Source of the DNA: a virus
Strand: one strand, 5' to 3'
DNA: 64,000 bases
Virus record (IMG/VR): IMGVR_UViG_3300010354_000047
Location: 1-64,000 of that record
Numbering within the stretch: the first letter of the stretch is position 1; each line of letters opens with the position of its first letter. Below, in pieces: positions 58,377 through 64,000 of this stretch. The notes beneath the pieces were generated by a model. The model worked only from the letters and a program-made list of their open reading frames with translations, ran no database searches and had not been told where the DNA came from. Made by a program: the position numbers and the translations under genes.

Positions 58377-58676
58377 ATGGCAACAAGAAAGAAAAAGCTG
58401 GACGCAGAGAGCCTCGCGCCGGAAGGGGATTGGACTTTTATCGAAACTTTCGAGGATATCGATGGAATCGAGCAAAGCCCGGAAGCAATGGAAGAGATAC
58501 CACTCGCGGATGTTTCGGTAGACGACACTGAGTCTGTAGAGGTTTCTTCGGAAATCGCTGAAGAAATCCTCCCGTTAGAGGATGAGTCAGAAGGTGAAGA
58601 AAAAGTTCAAAGAAGACCCAGAGTTGTCCCCCGAAGAAGCCCTAGAAGAACACTAAGATTCACTACCAAGTCCTGA
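58377..58676 (+). CDS. Acidic/basic small hypothetical protein
   Basis: Late motif upstream. Confidence 0.55.
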   Translation: MATRKKKLDAESLAPEGDWTFIETFEDIDGIEQSPEAMEEIPLADVSVDDTESVEVSSEIAEEILPLEDESEGEEKVQRRPRVVPRRSPRRTLRFTTKS

Positions 58677-58682
58677 TTCGAG

Positions 58683-59876
58683 ATGCCTCATAACCTTCGA
58701 AACGTTCCCTGGATAAAACAAACGGCTCAGATGATAAAAGCCCTTGAGAGCCAGGGTTTCAAGGGTCCTTCTGGTGGAACAGTTAGAGGGAAGATTGTGA
58801 GCGTGGAAGACCCGGAGGAGCGAGGGCGAGTCAAAGTTCTTTTTGATGCGCTGAATCCCCAAGACATTCCCGCTGTGGAGGGTGCGGGGGAATATTCCCT
58901 TTCCCGAAAAGGTGAAGCGAGCAACTACTCTCACTGGATAGACGTCTCTCCCCCATTCAAGGGAAGAATGCCAGAGTCTTTGGTAGGCAAAAGGGTGAAT
59001 ATCTCTCTAAGTAACGGGCAGTATCACTATGCTGTATTACAGGATGTTCTGTTTGACCCCCAAAATCTGACCGACGAGGCCCAAAAAGACTTTGATCTTC
59101 CTAACAACACTACGATGACACGCTTACCGGTCTATCCGGCCGGTAGTTTGCCACCTGCCTGCAAAGAAAATCACGGTTGCTCTGTGGTAGAGGAAGGAGG
59201 ACCGATGAACTCAGATTGGGTTTGCGTTTGCCTCAAAAGAGATGGAAAATACATATGGGTGCGCCACTCAGACTTGGCCCATGGCCACGCAGGAGGGAAC
59301 GACGTCACTTCCCAAGTAGACTCTTCAGGAAATCGCCCGAGTCCAGGACAAATGGCTGCCACTTATGACCACGTTTTTGTAACCAGTCACAGGGAGATGA
59401 AAAAAGAAGGGAGGACTGGATACAGCACCCGCCCCGCTGGAAACCCTTGGGGAGCTGATGCTGCCTGGGCTCCACCCCCTATGAGTGACATTAAGCCTCT
59501 CGAATTTAAAGATGGCCCCTTGTTTGACCAAAACGTAGCCCTATCTTTCGCTCGAAATTCAGGTTTCGTGAACGATATTCCCGGCGCATTCACTACAGCT
59601 TATGCCCCAGAAATCCTTGCCGCTGTTGAAACAGTTCCTGGGTCCAAATTTGCACTCAATGCGTTGAAGAAAGCTCAAGAAGCTCTTTCCCTATATGAAA
59701 AGCTTAAGAAGATCGTAGCGGATCCGACCACTTTTGTGAAAGAGACTGCCTTGAAATCTTTGCAGAACTATGCGCCGGGGGCTACCAAATTTGTCCTTTC
59801 CGCTCTGTCAAATCCCGCAGGGGCGATAAAAACCGTATTTGATCAACTTCCCAAGTTACCGAACCCCTTCAAATGA
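58683..59876 (+). CDS. Baseplate spike/hub protein (gpV/gp5 OB-fold)
   Basis: GKIVSVEDPEERGRVKV...SHW; HGH motif. Confidence 0.75.
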   Translation: MPHNLRNVPWIKQTAQMIKALESQGFKGPSGGTVRGKIVSVEDPEERGRVKVLFDALNPQDIPAVEGAGEYSLSRKGEASNYSHWIDVSPPFKGRMPESLVGKRVNISLSNGQYHYAVLQDVLFDPQNLTDEAQKDFDLPNNTTMTRLPVYPAGSLPPACKENHGCSVVEEGGPMNSDWVCVCLKRDGKYIWVRHSDLAHGHAGGNDVTSQVDSSGNRPSPGQMAATYDHVFVTSHREMKKEGRTGYSTRPAGNPWGADAAWAPPPMSDIKPLEFKDGPLFDQNVALSFARNSGFVNDIPGAFTTAYAPEILAAVETVPGSKFALNALKKAQEALSLYEKLKKIVADPTTFVKETALKSLQNYAPGATKFVLSALSNPAGAIKTVFDQLPKLPNPFK

Positions 59877-60675
59877 CTTTTACAGAAGACTATGATCCAG
59901 GGTTTGTCAACGCTCCGGGTTTTGGCCAAAGCGCGACAAATCCTCTTGCCCCAGTGTTCTACACTTCCCTCGGCGTCGTCGAAGATGTGTCTGTCTATGG
60001 TTCAATATATTCAGCAAACAACATTCAGGCAAATCTTTCTTTCACAATTGGAGGCTCGTCCCTCACGCAAGAATTGCTCAATGTGGCCGTTCCAAGCCTC
60101 TTTCGCGAACCCATTCAATCGGAGGAAACCGTAACGTGTCAAAAAGACATCAAAGTTCTTGACGTCACCGACACAAACAGGTTGATTGTGAATGGTGTTG
60201 AGTACCGTGAAGGCGTGATAGCCGGAAAAAACGGTAGTTTTCGTGTCTTAATGAAAATCTGATGGCAATCCGAAGACCTTCTGTTTATCGTGAACGAGAG
60301 TTCATATTCCAGGATTTCCTGTACCTGCAGGAGGACGACAGTCAATTGCGATACATCCTCGTAAAATGGGATGGAGCACCCTATGATTCCGTTTCCCAAA
60401 CATTCGATTACCCTACCCCTGAATTCAAGGGGGGAGACGTCGTAGCAAGACTAGAGTACATGGTTTCGGGTAAGTTAGTGATAATCGAAGATTGGTGGAT
60501 TAATTTTCGAGATGAGTGGCCCCTTCGGCTCGCAATTCAGTTTTTGGCAAACTGTTTGTATAGCCCTGGGCAAGGCTTTTCAATTCAAGTTCGAAGAGAA
60601 GCGTACCCCTTCTGGGTCTCTGAGAACTTTTTTCCTCTAACAAATGATCCAGAAGATTTCTTAATAGGTAAATAA
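59873..60675 (+). other. Two hypothetical genes (59873-60262, 60262-60675)
   Basis: Translationally coupled ORFs. Confidence 0.6.
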
Positions 60676-60677
60676 CG

Positions 60678-61757
60678 ATGGCCACTCCGAAGATTAAGGA
60701 AGCTACTCTAACAACACCCACTAACATTATCCTTTACTTTGACAGCCCTCTTGAATCAAAAATTAGCGTTCCTGTAAACAGTTTCACTGTCAACTACGGG
60801 CAGTTCGGAGTTCTGACCCTCATATACTCTTCAGATACAATGGTTAGTTTAGGGATCGATAGCTCCCTATCTCCTTGGGATGAAGTTTTTGTCTCATATG
60901 AACCCCCTTTAGATCTCAATGTCTGCATGCGAGGTCCAATCCCTCCCTCAGCCAACGACGTTGTTAAGAAGAGGAATGCTGTTCGAGCTTTTTACCGGTT
61001 TCCAGTTAGGAACACTCTAGCCCCCGATGAAACTTCTGACGGTTCACACAAGAATTCTAACCTGGGTCAAACAATCGGAGGGTATGGTTTTCCGTACCAA
61101 GATCGCTCCGGAACCCTTTCCCAATACAAATCGGACCCTAAAAGTGCTTCACCGGACGACTTTATTGTCGCGTATGGTTTAAAGGAGGCTATCCAGCTCA
61201 CAAACATTGATGATGCCAGCGCGACTACGGTCAATGTAGCAAAAATGCGAATGGCGATTGAAGACGCAAATGCGTTAATCGATTCATATATCGAACAGTC
61301 AGGGAAAGCGGGAAGGGTCTTAATAACAAGCAACCGCAGAAGAACTGCGCTCATAATCGCAAGGTACTACCTAGACAACGTCCGAAGAAGAGAAGACGTC
61401 TATAAAGATTACGTAGAAGCCCTGAAGCAACTAGATGCCGAGAGGGAAATGACTGCCATTCGCGCAGGTCATGGAGACTCAGCAATTGACACAAAGAGGG
61501 GAATTCTGAGAACATGGGGAATTCCTCAGAAATATAACAGCGTATCTGGAAAAGGGCTTAGCGGGTGGAACTCTGATACGGCTGGGGATCAAGCTCCAGA
61601 TTTCCGCCTGGGATTTGGAGCCACGGGCCAGAATGTATCGTATCCGAACTGGATATCCCCTAGAAACTTTGAGGATCTCGGTGGTGCCATACAGCATAAT
61701 GAGCCGAACGATGCAGGTGGTTACACTCGCGGCAGCTCCGACACAAACTTTCCTTAA
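60678..61757 (+). CDS. Head-tail adaptor (Mu gp36/DUF1320-like) with N-terminal SwmB/Ig-like domain
   Basis: YG..E.IQLT, AIEDANALIDSY, IARYYL, Y..AL..L. Confidence 0.75.
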   Translation: MATPKIKEATLTTPTNIILYFDSPLESKISVPVNSFTVNYGQFGVLTLIYSSDTMVSLGIDSSLSPWDEVFVSYEPPLDLNVCMRGPIPPSANDVVKKRNAVRAFYRFPVRNTLAPDETSDGSHKNSNLGQTIGGYGFPYQDRSGTLSQYKSDPKSASPDDFIVAYGLKEAIQLTNIDDASATTVNVAKMRMAIEDANALIDSYIEQSGKAGRVLITSNRRRTALIIARYYLDNVRRREDVYKDYVEALKQLDAEREMTAIRAGHGDSAIDTKRGILRTWGIPQKYNSVSGKGLSGWNSDTAGDQAPDFRLGFGATGQNVSYPNWISPRNFEDLGGAIQHNEPNDAGGYTRGSSDTNFP

Positions 61758-61815
61758 GTGCGCCAAGGGGTAGTTCAATGATCGAGTCTACTCTATTTAG
61801 TAACAGGAGAACAAA

Positions 61816-63039
61816 TTGAAACTAGACACCATAACTAGAATAGAGCAGTTTTTGTGTGATTCACTGATTGCTTCCCCACTAATTCCCTTGGGGGTCAACA
61901 TTCTTCGTCTTGCGGATGCTGTGGAGAAAGAAGGTGTTGTATCCCAAACGAATAACATTGTGGTCAGATTCGTCAACTCTACTTCTAACGTCAAGAATAG
62001 AGTACCATTTATTTACGAAGAAACCCTTAACTTTGAGTTAAACTTCTCTTGCCAAAATTACTTAACAAGCTCAGCTCACGATTTCGCCACTCAGCTCTTA
62101 ATGGGAGCTAAGATTACGATATCTGGAAGTGCCCCGTCAGGTGCGTATGTTCAGGTCTTGGAACCCTTTCGCTGTAGCTCCTCTAACTTCACAGGAATCA
62201 CAGAAGAGTCACAATACACCTACACCCAGAATTATGCCGTAACGATTGAGGAAGTTTTACCTTATATAGCCCTTGACCCTTGTGTTCAAAGGGGGGATTG
62301 TCGACAGATCTTCCCCGGTCAGAACGTTGCGACTACACTCCCTCTTGCCGGAGTTGTCGATGAAGCGACAGGGAGTATTTACATTCCTTGGTATCCTGGA
62401 ACGAATGAACTCGAAGCGGCTTTCACGGAGGCCCTTGGTGTTAGGTGGAGCAATGAAGTAACACAGTCTGGGGATTGGGTCTATGTCTGCGCTCCTGACG
62501 AAGTCTTCATTCAGGACCCGCTTAACCAACCCATTTACCTCTTGAGTAACAATAGCTACACAGAAGAAGGTTACCTAGTTGTTACAGTTTGGGATGCGAC
62601 AACAAAGGAGCCCATCAAGGAGGTTTTCTACGTTGACTCTGGAAAGAAGCTTGTTCGCTACGCGGTAGAGCTCTGGAGAAACACGGTGCTTGGGTCCTCC
62701 ACCGGGACGATTGATCCAGATAGTGTTCTTGATGCGACTTGGACGTCCGGTTTTACCGTCGGAGAATTTGCCGTTGTGAAGGGAGCAACCCAAACTTTAT
62801 ACTCTGATCCACTTGAGCCGAGCGGTAGGCAACAGACTCTAATGGGCGGGACTCTGATTGGGGTCAAGATGGACATTTTCATTCAAACCGCCAAGGGTCG
62901 TTTCTACTTTGTCGCTCAATCGCCCCAGGGTAAAGGTTGGTTGATACAGGACTCCTTTGAGTTGGCTTCAATCAACTCCCTCTGGAAACTCGGATGCTTA
63001 CCTTGCGAAGGCGGACCAAATCCCCCGAGACTGTGCTAA
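61816..63039 (+). CDS. Putative tail terminator/neck protein with C-terminal extension
   Basis: I..IEQ.L.D.L N-terminus and position after the gp36-like gene. Confidence 0.5.
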   Translation: MKLDTITRIEQFLCDSLIASPLIPLGVNILRLADAVEKEGVVSQTNNIVVRFVNSTSNVKNRVPFIYEETLNFELNFSCQNYLTSSAHDFATQLLMGAKITISGSAPSGAYVQVLEPFRCSSSNFTGITEESQYTYTQNYAVTIEEVLPYIALDPCVQRGDCRQIFPGQNVATTLPLAGVVDEATGSIYIPWYPGTNELEAAFTEALGVRWSNEVTQSGDWVYVCAPDEVFIQDPLNQPIYLLSNNSYTEEGYLVVTVWDATTKEPIKEVFYVDSGKKLVRYAVELWRNTVLGSSTGTIDPDSVLDATWTSGFTVGEFAVVKGATQTLYSDPLEPSGRQQTLMGGTLIGVKMDIFIQTAKGRFYFVAQSPQGKGWLIQDSFELASINSLWKLGCLPCEGGPNPPRLC

Positions 63040-63191
63040 TGAACACCCCACAAGAACTCTGGAAAAGATACTCACTCGCAGTTCAAGCCAATAATCTCGA
63101 ACTCGCGCAGTCAATCTTGAAAGAGATTCAAAAGTTTAAGTCCTACCCCGTTCGAACAACCGGGTGCGCCAAATGCAGAAAAACGCTATGA
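63039..63191 (+). CDS. Small hypothetical protein
   Basis: TAATG/ATGA coupling on both sides; CAKC. Confidence 0.55.
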   Translation: MNTPQELWKRYSLAVQANNLELAQSILKEIQKFKSYPVRTTGCAKCRKTL

Positions 63192-63481
63192 ACAACGCCA
63201 CAGAAAAGATCATTAAGCAAAAGGAGGCGCTGGCAACTCAGGCACTTCAGGTTGCGGAAGACGCTCTCGAACTCCTGAAAGATCAACTGGAAGAGTGTAG
63301 CACTCGAGATCTTGTCACTGTCTTCAATTCTGCCGTCAAGGCTCATCGGGAAATCACCTCGGATGTCTTGTCTTTGGCGGAGAGCGAGGCCAAAAGTGAG
63401 CAGGAACTTGCGAAAGAATATGACGGGAAGGTGGGGGAACTTCTCCTCAGGCTCCAGAACGGTGGCCCTAACGGCTTATGA
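63188..63481 (+). CDS. Hypothetical protein, possible terminase small subunit
   Basis: Helical, ATGA-coupled to terL. Confidence 0.45.
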   Translation: MNNATEKIIKQKEALATQALQVAEDALELLKDQLEECSTRDLVTVFNSAVKAHREITSDVLSLAESEAKSEQELAKEYDGKVGELLLRLQNGGPNGL

Positions 63482-64000
63482 ACTACAGAGAACCCTCAGT
63501 CACTCACGCTTCCCAGCTCGAAGAAAGGTCGAGATGGCGGCAGTACCAACGCGGACTGAGGGAACTTGAGCTACTCGAGGCTCCAAAATCAGTAATTCAA
63601 AACTATCGTTATCAGGCGGCTCGGGACTGCTTTCTCGCCTTTTGCGACATTATGAAGAACGGGGACTTGAAGGTTGCCCCTTTTCACGAAATTATTGCGA
63701 GTGCATTCGAGGACCTTTTTGATCGACGATACCGTCGTCTAATCGTTTCCTGCCCCCCGCGATCCGGAAAGTCAATGCTATCCAGTATGTTTCTGGCGTG
63801 GCTTATCGGAAAAGATGAGAAGACACAACATATTCTGGCCTCTTACGGTGCGTCCCTATCTCAGAAGTTTCACAGAGACGCCGTCATTATGATGAAGAGT
63901 CCGAACTATCGCCGGATATTTCCCGAGTTTTCGGGGTTCAACAAGGACTCTAAATACGACTTAACTGGTGGTGGTTATATTCTTTCCACCTCTGTTGGTG
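63478..64000 (+). CDS. terL: Terminase large subunit (runs off the window; missing from the ORF track)
   Basis: Translated by hand: MNYREP...RRLIVSCPPRSGKS...ASYG...LS..F...RIFP...GGY..TSVG. Confidence 0.9.
   Translation, partial: MNYREPSVTHASQLEERSRWRQYQRGLRELELLEAPKSVIQNYRYQAARDCFLAFCDIMKNGDLKVAPFHEIIASAFEDLFDRRYRRLIVSCPPRSGKSMLSSMFLAWLIGKDEKTQHILASYGASLSQKFHRDAVIMMKSPNYRRIFPEFSGFNKDSKYDLTGGGYILSTSVG

Noticed and set aside
1-64000. CRISPR array, tRNA genes, DGR reverse transcriptase or template repeat, integrase/transposase
   Set aside because: None seen by eye: no regularly spaced repeats, cloverleaf, RT motif or AAC-rich template; a tool-based scan could still find weak cases.
8000-64000. 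Impression that TCGA/CGA words are over-represented
   Set aside because: Cannot be quantified without k-mer statistics; may only reflect CGA/GAA codon preference.

Overview
64-kb segment of a large lytic, contractile-tailed cyanophage. Essentially all credible genes are on the + strand. Left: accessory/early genes (two tandem DUF1566/CLec paralogs with a DGR-like variable end, NDT-like, HD alarmone-hydrolase-like, Lar-like), three proteins sharing a portable Cys-containing tag, and psbA with a PhotoRC-II-like leader and a decayed downstream homing endonuclease. Middle: a TET/JBP-like oxygenase + glycosyltransferase + HAD + NTP-transferase + kinase cluster (probable DNA hypermodification), a GyrA/ParC-like topoisomerase subunit and a mitochondrial Pol-gamma-like DNA polymerase. 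Right: a Mu-like morphogenesis region with a -1 frameshifted tail chaperone, a very large sheath, portal, protease/scaffold, a major capsid gene split by two related group I introns with HNH ORFs, tube, baseplate and the start of the large terminase. Two recurrent promoter-like motif families (GGGCGG-N3-CCGCCC-TTTAC/N17/TATNNT and GGGTAAAAC) partition early/middle from late genes. All family assignments come from motif recognition by eye; no database search was run.
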